A stretch of DNA of 57,404 nt from positions 1-57,404 of the forward strand of contig DASTJB010000318.1 in assembly GCA_035717005.1 (NCBI GenBank), read 5' to 3'. A program made the translations under genes and the position numbers. A model generated the notes under the pieces. It had not been told where the DNA came from, did no database searches, and worked only from the letters and a program-made list of their open reading frames with translations. This document shows positions 10,039-18,160 of this stretch, in pieces; position 1 is the first letter of the stretch, and each line of letters begins with the position of its first letter. Source of the stretch: Candidatus Angelobacter sp. Lineage in GTDB: Bacteria; Acidobacteriota; Terriglobia; Terriglobales; Acidobacteriaceae.

Positions 10039-10500
10039 TCAGGTGGCGTACTGCAACGGCCGCTGGTGATTGGCCAGGATCTCAATGCTCTCCGCCTGGA
10101 AGGTCTTCTCTTCCTCCGAGCCCAGGAGAACATAGGAAGCGGTGAGCGTAGGTACTCCCCGCTCCACGCTGGTAATCACATACGAGCAATCAAACCAGTG
10201 GGCCTCAGCCAGGTCCGTTGAAGAGTAATGAGGCTTATAGTCGGGATGGGAGTGATAGAAGCCGATGATACTCTCACCGCGGTTGCGCGCCAGCTTGAGC
10301 GCCCCAATCACCTGTTCAGGGTTGATGCTGTAACGGTTGGCGGGAGAATCGGTGCGGCTGTTCTCGCAGGTGACCGTCATGGTCACCAGGCGATGGCCGT
10401 CAACCACGTTCCCCAGAAGAATGCCGCAGCACTCATGGGGATAACTGCGTTTGGCTTCCCACCGGATCAGATCGTAATCAGCCTTGCTGATTTTCAGCAT
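10039..10500 (-). CDS. JAMM/MPN+ metallopeptidase (Mec/CysO-hydrolase-like)
   Basis: 153 aa. ECCGIL plus HSHPDYKPHYSSTD gives the E...HxH-x7-S-xxD JAMM motif. Located directly upstream of the E1 gene. Confidence 0.8.
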   Translation of the reverse strand: MLKISKADYDLIRWEAKRSYPHECCGILLGNVVDGHRLVTMTVTCENSRTDSPANRYSINPEQVIGALKLARNRGESIIGFYHSHPDYKPHYSSTDLAEAHWFDCSYVITSVERGVPTLTASYVLLGSEEEKTFQAESIEILANHQRPLQYAT

Positions 10501-10855
10501 GGAGTCTCCTGGGAAGTGGCGGCTTCACCAGTCGAGCAATTGGCCAGAACGATCAAAACGAACTTTAAGAAACTCTCACGAACAAACCCTGACGAAGGGG
10601 TCAATATATTAGTTGATCCGGAACGCAATTGCACCATTCCTGTCACAACTTTCGTATCAAAATCTACCTAGTTGGCGCAACCCGGCGCATCAATTGCACA
10701 AATTCGTGTGCAAGTCCTTGGCGGATTCTTGACCCACCCAGAATTCAGGGGGCAAATCAGGCCCTGAAACTGGATACCCATGCCCAACAATTCTGGTTGA
10801 CCGTCGACAGGGGTCCCCGTCTATTCTGTTGTCGACATTCGAGGGGTAAACACCG

Positions 10856-11185
10856 ATGGGCGATCAGATCGACATTTTACAGGGGACGCTGGATCTGCTG
10901 ATCCTGAAGACCCTGGCGCTGGAGCCGATGCATGGGTGGGGAATCGCGCAGCGGATTCAGCAGATATCCCAGGACGTTCTGCAGGTGGGCCAGGGATCGC
11001 TTTATCCCGCGCTTCACCGGCTGGAACAGCGGGGGTGGATCAGCGCGGAGTGGAACACCTCTGACAATAACCGCCGCGCCAAGTTCTACTCGCTAACGCG
11101 GACGGGGCGAAGCCAGCTGGAAAAAGAGCTGGGCGAATGGGCCAAGCTTTCGGCGGCCATTGCACTGGTTTTGCAACAAAGTTGA
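10856..11185 (+). CDS. PadR-family transcriptional regulator
   Basis: [25 protein letters not shown]...[16 protein letters not shown] is a typical PadR winged helix. Confidence 0.9.
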   Translation: MGDQIDILQGTLDLLILKTLALEPMHGWGIAQRIQQISQDVLQVGQGSLYPALHRLEQRGWISAEWNTSDNNRRAKFYSLTRTGRSQLEKELGEWAKLSAAIALVLQQS

Positions 11186-11198
11186 GAAAGCGGGAGAT

Positions 11199-14018
11199 AT
11201 GCTTCTTCGCAGACTGCGCGAGATGATAGGCGGGGCCGGAAAACGAGAAAACGACACCGCAGATGAGCTGCACTTCCACCTGGAGAAAGAGATCGAGCAG
11301 AACATTGCCAGGGGAATGACGCCCGAGGAGGCGCGCAGGCGGGCGCTGATTGCTTTTGGCGGCGTTGATCAGACACGCGAGGCGCTGCGCGCTGTGCACC
11401 GGGGACGGCTGCTGGAAGCTTTGCGGCAGGACCTGCGCTACGGGTGGCGCATGCTGCGCAAGACTCCCGGGTTCACGGCGGTGGCGGTGGTCACGCTGGC
11501 GCTGGGAATCGGCGCAAATACGGCGATCTTCAGCCTGATCGATGCGATCATCTTCCGCTCCATGCCCATTGCTGACCCGCAGAGCCTTCTGGTGCTCGAG
11601 TGGCAGGCGCATAAGGGTCCGGGCAATCTCAGCTATCGTAATTTTGGGGACTGTGACGAGTCCCACGACGGAGCAACTCCCCACGGCTGCTCACTTTCAC
11701 TTCCATTCTTCAAGCAGGTTCAGGCCGAATCCGGCGTTTTCTCCCATGTTGCGGCCTATACGGCCATCGGGCAGCTGGATATGAGCGGCAACGGCCCGGC
11801 GCGGATGGTGAAAGGCGAGTTCGTCACCGGCGACTACTTTCCGACCCTCGGCGTACAGGCACATAGCGGGCGCCTTATCAATGCGGGTGACGACGGCGCG
11901 AACGCTCCGGCTGTCGCCGTGCTGAACTATGGCTTCTGGCAGACAGAGTTCGGCGGCGTGGAGTCGGCGATCGGCAAAACGGTACGGCTGAATGGAGTCC
12001 CGTTCCAGATTATCGGCATTACTGACCCAAGGTTTGACGCTCTGACCCTGTCCAATAAATACGACATGATCTTCCCCATGGCACAGCGGCCGGCCGTGGT
12101 CCCTAACTGGAAGCCGAGGGATGACCTGGCCGACCACTGGTGGCTGCTGACGATTGGCCGGCTAAAACCCGGTGTCTCTGCCAGCCAGGCCGAAGCCGGC
12201 GTTAGCCTGCTGTTTCGTAACAGCATAAGTTCTGTTGGCAAGCCTCTCTTCAAGCCTGACAGCGACCCGCGTATCAAACTAGCACCGGCCACCCAGGTGC
12301 TTGGAGGCACGCAGAAGCAGGCGCTGCAGCCGCTATACGTCATGATGCTTTGCGTGGGGGCCGTGCTTCTGATCGCCTGCGCCAATGTGGCCGGGCTTCT
12401 GCTGGCACGCTCGGCGGTGCGCGAGCGTGAAATTGCGGTCCGCCTGGCCATGGGCGCCAAGCGGAGCCGGATCGTACTGCAATTCCTCACAGAAAGCCTA
12501 ATGCTTGCTGTTGCAGGAGGGGCGCTGGGCCTGCTGGTGGCGCTCTGGGGTGCGCGGGCGCTGATGGCCATGGTCTCCGCCGGAACTCCGAACCCGCCGA
12601 TTTTTTCACCCCAGCTGGACTGGCGCGTGCTGGGGTTTACCGCCGGAATTTCCCTGCTGACGGGGATCTTGTTTGGGCTCGCGCCGGCTCTGCGCTGGTC
12701 AGACGTCAGCCTTACCTCTTCACTCAAATCTACGGAGAGCGGAGCCATTCCGGGCGCGCGGGGCAGGCAGCGCAGGTTTACTGCCGGAGGGGCCCTGGTA
12801 GCGGTGCAGGTGGCGCTGGCGATCGTGGTGCTGGTGACCGCGGGACTGCTGGTGCGCACGCTCAACAATCTTAAGAGCCTGAATCCGGGTTTCGATGCCC
12901 AAAACGTGCTGCTTTTCGGCATTGATCCGCGACTGGCCGGTTACAAAGGTGCGCAGATCGACCAGCTCTTCATTGCGTTGCAGGAAAAGTTCGCGGCCAT
13001 ACCGGGGGTAACCTCCGCTACTTACTCCTGGATCCCATTTCTTTCCGGAGGACTCTGGACCACGGGCTTTCATCGCCCCGGCACTCCTCCGCCGACCAAG
13101 GCCGAATTTGAATCAGGCGCCGCGGAAAAGAACGAAGTAGAGTCCGACGCCTATGCGGTGGGGCCCAAATTCTTTTCCACCTGGCGCATTCCGTTTCAGT
13201 CCGGGCGTGATTTCACAGCAGCGGATTTTGCTGTTGCCGCAGGCAACGAGCGTGACAATCCCAGCACTAATCCAACACCGGTCATTGTGAACCAGGAGTT
13301 TGCGCGACAGTACTTCCCGGGTAAAAACCCGCTGGGACAGATCTTTGGCGAGCAGGAGCCAAGCGGTTTTGGCGACGCCAAAGCGCCCGGCTACCTGATC
13401 GTGGGGATGGTTGCGAATTCGAAGTACAACAGTCTGCGACGGGAGATCAAGCCGGTCTTTTATCAGCCGAATGTCGGCGGCCAGGCTTATTTCGCGCTGC
13501 GCACCGGCACTGACCCGCTTTCACTTGTGCCAACCATCAAGAACCTGGTGAACCAGCAGAGCCAGGACCTGGCAGTCTTCCGCATATCCACCGAAACGGA
13601 GGCTATCGAGCGCCAGGTCTTCACGGAAAAGATGACGGCGCGGCTCTCCAGCCTGTTTGGAATCCTTGCCTTGCTGTTGGCTTGCCTGGGACTTTACGGA
13701 CTGCTTTCCTATGAAGTGACCCGCAGGACAAGGGAAATCGGGATTCGCATGGCCGTGGGCGCGCGGCAGCACAACGTGATCCGGCTTGTGCTGGGCAAAG
13801 CGGTCTGGCTGATCGTGGCAGGCGCGATCGTCGGGATTGGCGCAGCGCTGCTGGTGACCCGTTTGCTGACCAGCTTCCTTTACGGAGTAAAGGCAGGCGA
13901 TCCCGTGACCCTGGCGGCGGTTGCAACGCTGCTCGGCGTGGTTGCGCTGGCGGCCTGCTACATCCCGGCCAGGCGCGCGACCAGAGTAGACCCGCTGGTG
14001 GCGCTGCGATACGAATAG
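11199..14018 (+). CDS. Duplicated FtsX/MacB-type ABC permease (two MacB_PCD + FtsX units, 939 aa)
   Basis: Two copies of the permease unit, each ending in an FtsX block (REIAVRLAMGAKRSRI... and REIGIRMAVGARQHNV...). C-terminus PARRATRVDPLVALRYE. Start set at the ATG at 11199, after GGGAG. Confidence 0.9.
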   Translation: MLLRRLREMIGGAGKRENDTADELHFHLEKEIEQNIARGMTPEEARRRALIAFGGVDQTREALRAVHRGRLLEALRQDLRYGWRMLRKTPGFTAVAVVTLALGIGANTAIFSLIDAIIFRSMPIADPQSLLVLEWQAHKGPGNLSYRNFGDCDESHDGATPHGCSLSLPFFKQVQAESGVFSHVAAYTAIGQLDMSGNGPARMVKGEFVTGDYFPTLGVQAHSGRLINAGDDGANAPAVAVLNYGFWQTEFGGVESAIGKTVRLNGVPFQIIGITDPRFDALTLSNKYDMIFPMAQRPAVVPNWKPRDDLADHWWLLTIGRLKPGVSASQAEAGVSLLFRNSISSVGKPLFKPDSDPRIKLAPATQVLGGTQKQALQPLYVMMLCVGAVLLIACANVAGLLLARSAVREREIAVRLAMGAKRSRIVLQFLTESLMLAVAGGALGLLVALWGARALMAMVSAGTPNPPIFSPQLDWRVLGFTAGISLLTGILFGLAPALRWSDVSLTSSLKSTESGAIPGARGRQRRFTAGGALVAVQVALAIVVLVTAGLLVRTLNNLKSLNPGFDAQNVLLFGIDPRLAGYKGAQIDQLFIALQEKFAAIPGVTSATYSWIPFLSGGLWTTGFHRPGTPPPTKAEFESGAAEKNEVESDAYAVGPKFFSTWRIPFQSGRDFTAADFAVAAGNERDNPSTNPTPVIVNQEFARQYFPGKNPLGQIFGEQEPSGFGDAKAPGYLIVGMVANSKYNSLRREIKPVFYQPNVGGQAYFALRTGTDPLSLVPTIKNLVNQQSQDLAVFRISTETEAIERQVFTEKMTARLSSLFGILALLLACLGLYGLLSYEVTRRTREIGIRMAVGARQHNVIRLVLGKAVWLIVAGAIVGIGAALLVTRLLTSFLYGVKAGDPVTLAAVATLLGVVALAACYIPARRATRVDPLVALRYE

Positions 14019-14266
14019 TCTTGTAAGCCGAAGCGAAAATGGGCTATATTCGGCCCATGTTTACCTCGCGTCCGAATCCGAGCCAGGCGGCGTACCCGCT
14101 TCCGTGTGCCGGCCGGGCGCAGGGACAAATATGACGGCTTAACCGAAGCAGCAATCATATTCAGGCCCGTTGCCCCCACGAAGGCAGCGGGTTTTTGTTT
14201 TTCGCCCATTCACGCGCAAAACCGGCGCGTGAATGGGGGCCCGGTTCTACGGGAGAGGGAGTACGC

Positions 14267-15127
14267 ATGAGTTCATCTAGTACACAAAGACAGGCCGGGC
14301 GCGCCACGACCACGGCGCAGAAGAAGATTGCCGTGCTCGGCTGCGGCAAGATGGGCACGATCCTGCTTGAGTCGTTTCTGGAGCGCAGGCTGGTGGCGCC
14401 GGAGGAAGCCGTCGCCACGGTGCAGCACGGCGAGCGCTCGCCGGAGCTCTCGCGCGAGCTGGGCGGCGTGCCGGTCAGCACTGACAATCGCGCCGCCGTG
14501 CAGGGCGCACCGACTGTCCTGTTGTGTGTGAAGCCGCAGGCGCTCGGGCAGTTGCTGGATGAGATCGCACCCGCGCTCGCGCCGGGAACGCTGGTGATCT
14601 CCATTGCCGCTTCAACGACTACAAGCTTCATTCAGCAAAAAGTCGGCAAAGAAGTTCCCGTGGTACGCGCCATGCCGAACACGCCCGCCATGGTAGGCGC
14701 GGCGATGACGGCGATCTCACCCGGACCAGCAGCGAAGCTCGAACACCTGGAGACGGCGAAACACTTATTTGAGGGCGTGGGGCGCGCGCTGGTGGTGGAT
14801 GAGAAACACATGGACGCCATCACCGCGCTTTCCGCCAGCGGGCCGGCGTTTGTTTTTGTGATTCTGGAATCGCTGGCCGAAGCGGGAGTCAAAGTCGGCC
14901 TGCCACGCGAGATGGCCACTACGCTGGCGGCGCAGACACTGTTTGGTTCGGCGAAGCTGGCGCTTGAAACCGGACATCATCCGGCGCTGCTCAAAGACGC
15001 GGTGACAACCCCGGCGGGCTGCACCATCGAAGGGCTGATGGAACTGGAACGCGGCGGGCTGCGCGTGACCCTGATGAATGCGGTAATCAAAACGACGCAA
15101 AGGGTCCGGGAGTTGATGACGGGGTAG
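14267..15127 (+). CDS. proC: Pyrroline-5-carboxylate reductase
   Basis: IAVLGCGKMGTILL NAD(P) loop and the VRAMPNTPAMVG motif. Start set at the ATG at 14267, which has GGGAGAGGGAG upstream. Confidence 0.9.
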   Translation: MSSSSTQRQAGRATTTAQKKIAVLGCGKMGTILLESFLERRLVAPEEAVATVQHGERSPELSRELGGVPVSTDNRAAVQGAPTVLLCVKPQALGQLLDEIAPALAPGTLVISIAASTTTSFIQQKVGKEVPVVRAMPNTPAMVGAAMTAISPGPAAKLEHLETAKHLFEGVGRALVVDEKHMDAITALSASGPAFVFVILESLAEAGVKVGLPREMATTLAAQTLFGSAKLALETGHHPALLKDAVTTPAGCTIEGLMELERGGLRVTLMNAVIKTTQRVRELMTG

Positions 15128-15208
15128 GAAGAATTGGGGCCATTGGGCAACTTGAAAACCGAGTGCGAAACCACACCGTTTATGATCCACGCTTGAGGTC
15201 AAGATTTC

Positions 15209-15727
15209 ATGAACAGAAAAACATTGCCGCTGCTCCTGTCGATTATCTTCGCTATCGCCGCGCAGGCGCAGACCAGCACGGACGGCTGGAGCAAGTTCAC
15301 CAGCGATGCCGGGAAGTTCTCCGCGCTGTTTCCGGGCCAACCTGAGGAGGGTGCTCCGGCCGAAAAAGGCATAGTACTGCATACATTCAGGGTCGTGGCG
15401 CGACCGCGCGTCTATATGGTGCTTTACTCTGACTATCCTGATGCGGACCTGACCCTGGATACCAAGACCAGGCTGCGGGCAGAGCGCGACGGTTTCATTA
15501 AGGGCGCAGCGGAAGGGAAGCTTGTCGCGGAGCGCGAGTTCAAATTCAAACGGGGATCAACGGAACTTCCGGCGCTGGAGTTCGCCTCTGAAGGCGACGG
15601 TATCAATTACAAGAGCATCGTGATTATCGATGGCCGGCGAGTCTACTTTGTGTGCGCCGGCGGCCTGAAAGGCAGCGATTCCACCAGCCAGATCGAACGC
15701 TTTCTGGGGTCGTTTGAGTTGAAGTAA
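15209..15727 (+). CDS. Hypothetical secreted protein (172 aa)
   Basis: Signal peptide MNRKTLPLLLSIIFAIAAQAQ. No family recognised. Confidence 0.6.
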   Translation: MNRKTLPLLLSIIFAIAAQAQTSTDGWSKFTSDAGKFSALFPGQPEEGAPAEKGIVLHTFRVVARPRVYMVLYSDYPDADLTLDTKTRLRAERDGFIKGAAEGKLVAEREFKFKRGSTELPALEFASEGDGINYKSIVIIDGRRVYFVCAGGLKGSDSTSQIERFLGSFELK

Positions 15728-15787
15728 GAACGCGCGAAACGATAGTGGGGCATTTTGAATCGACCCGCGGCCGGCGAAACATCGGGG

Positions 15788-15816
15788 TTGCCTGGGCCAA
15801 ACAGCTGTTGTAAACT
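15788..15816 (+). promoter_or_regulatory. Candidate sigma-70-type promoter (TTGCCT-N17-TAAACT) for the Met/Cys leader transcript
   Basis: Hexamer match and 17-nt spacing only. It would start transcription about 20 nt upstream of the leader ATG. Confidence 0.3.
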
Positions 15817-15844
15817 CTAGTTGATGTTACTTTCTGTCTCCAAC

Positions 15845-15907
15845 ATGGCCATGTGCTGTAAGGCGATGGCTATGTGTGCTCTCCCACAGAGGCAGAGAGG
15901 TTCATAA
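15845..15907 (+). CDS. Met/Cys-rich leader peptide MAMCCKAMAMCALPQRQRGS (20 aa)
   Basis: Read directly: atg gcc atg tgc tgt aag gcg atg gct atg tgt ... taa. There are 4 Met and 3 Cys in the first 11 codons. It ends 28 nt before an intrinsic terminator that precedes a sulfur-amino-acid operon. No clear SD. Confidence 0.55.
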   Translation: MAMCCKAMAMCALPQRQRGS

Positions 15908-15934
15908 GCAAGCATTCATCGAGCAATAATGAAC

Positions 15935-15965
15935 CCGCTGCCTCAGGGCAGCGGTTTTTATTTTT
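15935..15965 (+). terminator. Intrinsic terminator / attenuator upstream of the ThrC-family gene
   Basis: CCGCUGCC-UCAG-GGCAGCGG (8-bp GC-rich stem) followed by UUUUUAUUUUU. It lies 34 nt before the ATG at 15999, so it sits inside a leader rather than at the end of an operon. Confidence 0.7.
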
Positions 15966-15998
15966 CGGGGCTTTCAGGATAAGAACAGGAGAAAGAAG

Positions 15999-17270
15999 AT
16001 GAGCACGGATTTGGGCTATCAACTGCGATGTCGCGAGTGCCAGGCCACATGGGGTAACCAGCCGATTTCGTTTTGCCAGAATTGTTTTGCCCCGCTGGAA
16101 GTGGCTTATGACTGGGAGCGCATCGGCAAACGGATCAGCAAAGATGAGATTGCGCGGCGGCCGGCAAATCTGTGGCGCTATCGCGAGCTGCTACCTCTAC
16201 CGGACCAATACAACGCTGGCCCACCGGCCGGGTTCACGCCGCTGGTGAAGGCGGCGAACCTGGGCGAGACGCTGCGCAGCCGCTCGCTTTACATCAAGAA
16301 TGATGCGGTCTGCTTCCCTACTCTAAGCTTCAAAGATCGCGTAGTGGCGGTGGCCCTGGCGCAGGCGCGGAATTTCGGTTTCGAAGTGGTGAGCTGTTCT
16401 TCCACTGGCAATCTGGCCAATGCGGTGGCGGCGCAGGCGGCGCAGGCCGGGTTCCGCGCCTGCATCTTTATCCCCGCCGATCTAGAGCCCGCGAAGGTGC
16501 TGGGCACGCAGGTGTACGGGGCGGAGATCGTGCGCATTGACGGCAACTACGACCAGGTAAACCGGCTGTGCTCGCAGATAGCGGACAAGCATCGCTGGGG
16601 CTTTGTGAACGTCAACCTGCGGCCGTATTACGCCGAAGGCTCGAAGACCGTGGGCTATGAGATCGCTGAGCAGATGGGCTGGCGCCTGCCGGACAACGTG
16701 GTGGTGCCGATGGCCGGCGGGTCACTGATCACCAAAATCCATAAGGCATTCAAGGAGCTGATTGCGCTGGGGCTGGTGGACGACAAGCAGGTGAAATTCT
16801 TCGGCGCGCAGGCCACGGGGTGCAGTCCCATCAGCTCGGCGGTGAAGGCCGGACGCAATGAGATTGAGCCGCAGAAGCCGGCGACGATCGCGCGCTCGCT
16901 GGCCATCGGCAATCCGGCTGATGGGTACTATGCGGCCAGGATGATCGTGGGCAGCGGCGGCTGGGCGGAAGATGCCAGTGATGCGGAGATCGTGGATGGT
17001 ATGACGCTCCTGGCCGAAAGCGAGGGCATCTTCACCGAGACGGCGGGCGGAGTCACTGTGGCTTCAGCGCGCAAATTGTTTGCCCAGGGACGAATCAAGC
17101 CGGAGGAGACGACGGTGCTGTGCATCACCGGCAACGGACTGAAGACGACGGACGCGCTGGCCGGGCGGTTTGAAACCGCGGAGCCGATTGCGCCGAAGCT
17201 GGCGACGTTCGAACAGTATCTCGAGAGCGAGTTCGCCGGCGCCCGCGCGGCAAAGAAAGGAGCAGCGTAA
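15999..17270 (+). CDS. PLP-dependent threonine-synthase-family enzyme (paralogue 1) with an N-terminal Cys4 zinc ribbon. It is probably a sulfur-carrier-dependent homocysteine (or cysteine) synthase rather than ThrC.
   Basis: CRECQ...CQNC ribbon and the PLP lysine motif LSFKDR. The stop is immediately followed (17271) by a GG-terminated MoaD/ThiS-like gene. A second, canonical thrC lies at 20669. Confidence 0.8.
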   Translation: MSTDLGYQLRCRECQATWGNQPISFCQNCFAPLEVAYDWERIGKRISKDEIARRPANLWRYRELLPLPDQYNAGPPAGFTPLVKAANLGETLRSRSLYIKNDAVCFPTLSFKDRVVAVALAQARNFGFEVVSCSSTGNLANAVAAQAAQAGFRACIFIPADLEPAKVLGTQVYGAEIVRIDGNYDQVNRLCSQIADKHRWGFVNVNLRPYYAEGSKTVGYEIAEQMGWRLPDNVVVPMAGGSLITKIHKAFKELIALGLVDDKQVKFFGAQATGCSPISSAVKAGRNEIEPQKPATIARSLAIGNPADGYYAARMIVGSGGWAEDASDAEIVDGMTLLAESEGIFTETAGGVTVASARKLFAQGRIKPEETTVLCITGNGLKTTDALAGRFETAEPIAPKLATFEQYLESEFAGARAAKKGAA

Positions 17271-17543
17271 ATGAGCGTGACAGTTTCCATCCCCAGCGCT
17301 TTCCGCCGCCATACCGAAGGGCTGGACCGGTATGACTGCGCAGCGGTCGACCTGAACGGAGTGCTTGACGCCCTGGGCGCCCGCTTCCCCGAGCTGAAGC
17401 CGCATCTGCGCGACGAACAGGGCCAGGTCCGGCGGTTCCTGAACATCTACGTGAATGACGAGGACATCCGCTTCCTGGACAAGAACTACAGGTTCAAGGA
17501 AGGCGACGAGGTCACGCTGGTGCCTTCGATTGCGGGCGGGTAG
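17271..17543 (+). CDS. MoaD/ThiS/CysO-type sulfur-carrier protein ending in Gly-Gly
   Basis: 90 aa with C-terminus ...EVTLVPSIAGG-stop. The ATG directly abuts the stop of the upstream gene (TAA ATG). Confidence 0.85.
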   Translation: MSVTVSIPSAFRRHTEGLDRYDCAAVDLNGVLDALGARFPELKPHLRDEQGQVRRFLNIYVNDEDIRFLDKNYRFKEGDEVTLVPSIAGG

Positions 17544-17642
17544 CGGTCCGGACCGGCCAGCGCCAGATGCCGGCGAGTCCGTTTTTCGTCGGATTCGCTT
17601 ATCCGGGCTTCCCGCCCGGAACTGCTGGGAAACCTGCGGCGA

Positions 17643-17679
17643 GCGACGGGTTTTTCCACCTGCAAACCGGCGCTTTTTT
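17643..17679 (+). terminator. Probable intrinsic terminator of the ThrC-like/sulfur-carrier operon
   Basis: Imperfect GC-rich stem (GCG.C.GGUUU / AAACC.G.CGC) followed by UUUUUU at 17674-17679. Confidence 0.45.
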
Positions 17680-17680
17680 C

Positions 17681-17709
17681 TTGACAGAAAGGCGAACAAA
17701 TGGTAAATT
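17681..17709 (+). promoter_or_regulatory. Sigma-70-type promoter TTGACA-N17-TAAATT
   Basis: Perfect -35 hexamer, 17-nt spacer, and a -10 hexamer with T1, A2 and T6 conserved. Located in an AT-rich patch directly after the terminator. Confidence 0.45.
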
Positions 17710-17840
17710 TAATTATTTTGGGGCGGGGGTGGAACCGTGATCCTTGAACGGCGGGCTTTGCCTGTAAACCACGTTTTTCTTACCACTTACGGACGCTCGC
17801 TGTCCATTGTTGATTTTCCGCTTCGACCCTCTTCAACCCT

Positions 17841-17926
17841 ACGCCAAACTGGGATGCCCTGGGATGCACCCCTCTCAAGTGCACGCCAATCTGGGATGAG
17901 CTGGGAGGGGGGTACCGGGTGGGATG
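17841..17926 (+). repeat. Direct-repeat array: ACGCCAA(A/T)CTGGGATG twice, 42 nt apart, and five copies of (C/G)TGGGA(T/G)G
   Basis: CTGGGATG at 17849, 17859 and 17891; CTGGGAGG at 17901; GTGGGATG at 17919. The two pairs are each spaced exactly 10 nt. The array lies between two promoter-like sites. Confidence 0.6.
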
Positions 17927-17961
17927 TTACCGGAGTTTCTAAAGTCCAGGTGAGGCTTTTC

Positions 17962-17990
17962 TTGACTGGCCGGGAAAGCCGGGCTATAGT
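17962..17990 (+). promoter_or_regulatory. Sigma-70-type promoter TTGACT-N17-TATAGT for the thr leader/operon
   Basis: Near-consensus hexamers with a 17-nt spacer, 9 nt upstream of the first leader ATG. Confidence 0.55.
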
Positions 17991-17998
17991 CGCGGGTA

Positions 17999-18100
17999 AT
18001 GCAGGTGAGCGTCCGCAAATTCGCCAGGGCCATGAGCTTGACAACAACAAGCACAGGCACAGCTACATCCAGGCGACAATCGGGCGAGCCGGCAGCGTAA
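17999..18100 (+). CDS. Thr-rich leader peptide (33 aa from 17999, or 22 aa from the ATG at 18032: MSLTTTSTGTATSRRQSGEPAA)
   Basis: Read directly: ... atg agc ttg aca aca aca agc aca ggc aca gct aca tcc .... There are six Thr in ten codons, all ACA. It ends 27 nt before a strong terminator that precedes thrB. Confidence 0.6.
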   Translation: MQVSVRKFARAMSLTTTSTGTATSRRQSGEPAA

Positions 18101-18127
18101 GCAAGATCAGCAATTATAAGTTCCTGA

Positions 18128-18160
18128 CCCACTCGCCCAAGGCGGGTGGGTTTTGTTTTT
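18128..18160 (+). terminator. Intrinsic terminator / attenuator upstream of thrB
   Basis: CCCACUCGCC-CAA-GGCGGGUGGG (10-bp stem with one G-U) followed by UUUUGUUUUU, 52 nt before the thrB ATG. Confidence 0.75.

Noticed and set aside
11927-12922. 331-aa minus-strand ORF within the permease gene
   Set aside because: It is antisense to a gene with clear FtsX/MacB motifs. Its Ser/Arg/Ala-rich translation has no domain signature.
17716-18160. Possible tmRNA or RNase P RNA. The predicted transcript would start GGGGCGGGGGUGG, and AAAGUCCAGG is present.
   Set aside because: There is no 3' acceptor/T-arm ending in CCA complementary to the 5' end. There is no Ala-rich tag reading frame. The RNase P hallmarks GAGGAAAGUCCGGGC and ACAGAACCCGGCUUA are absent. 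The 3' hairpin is an ordinary terminator.
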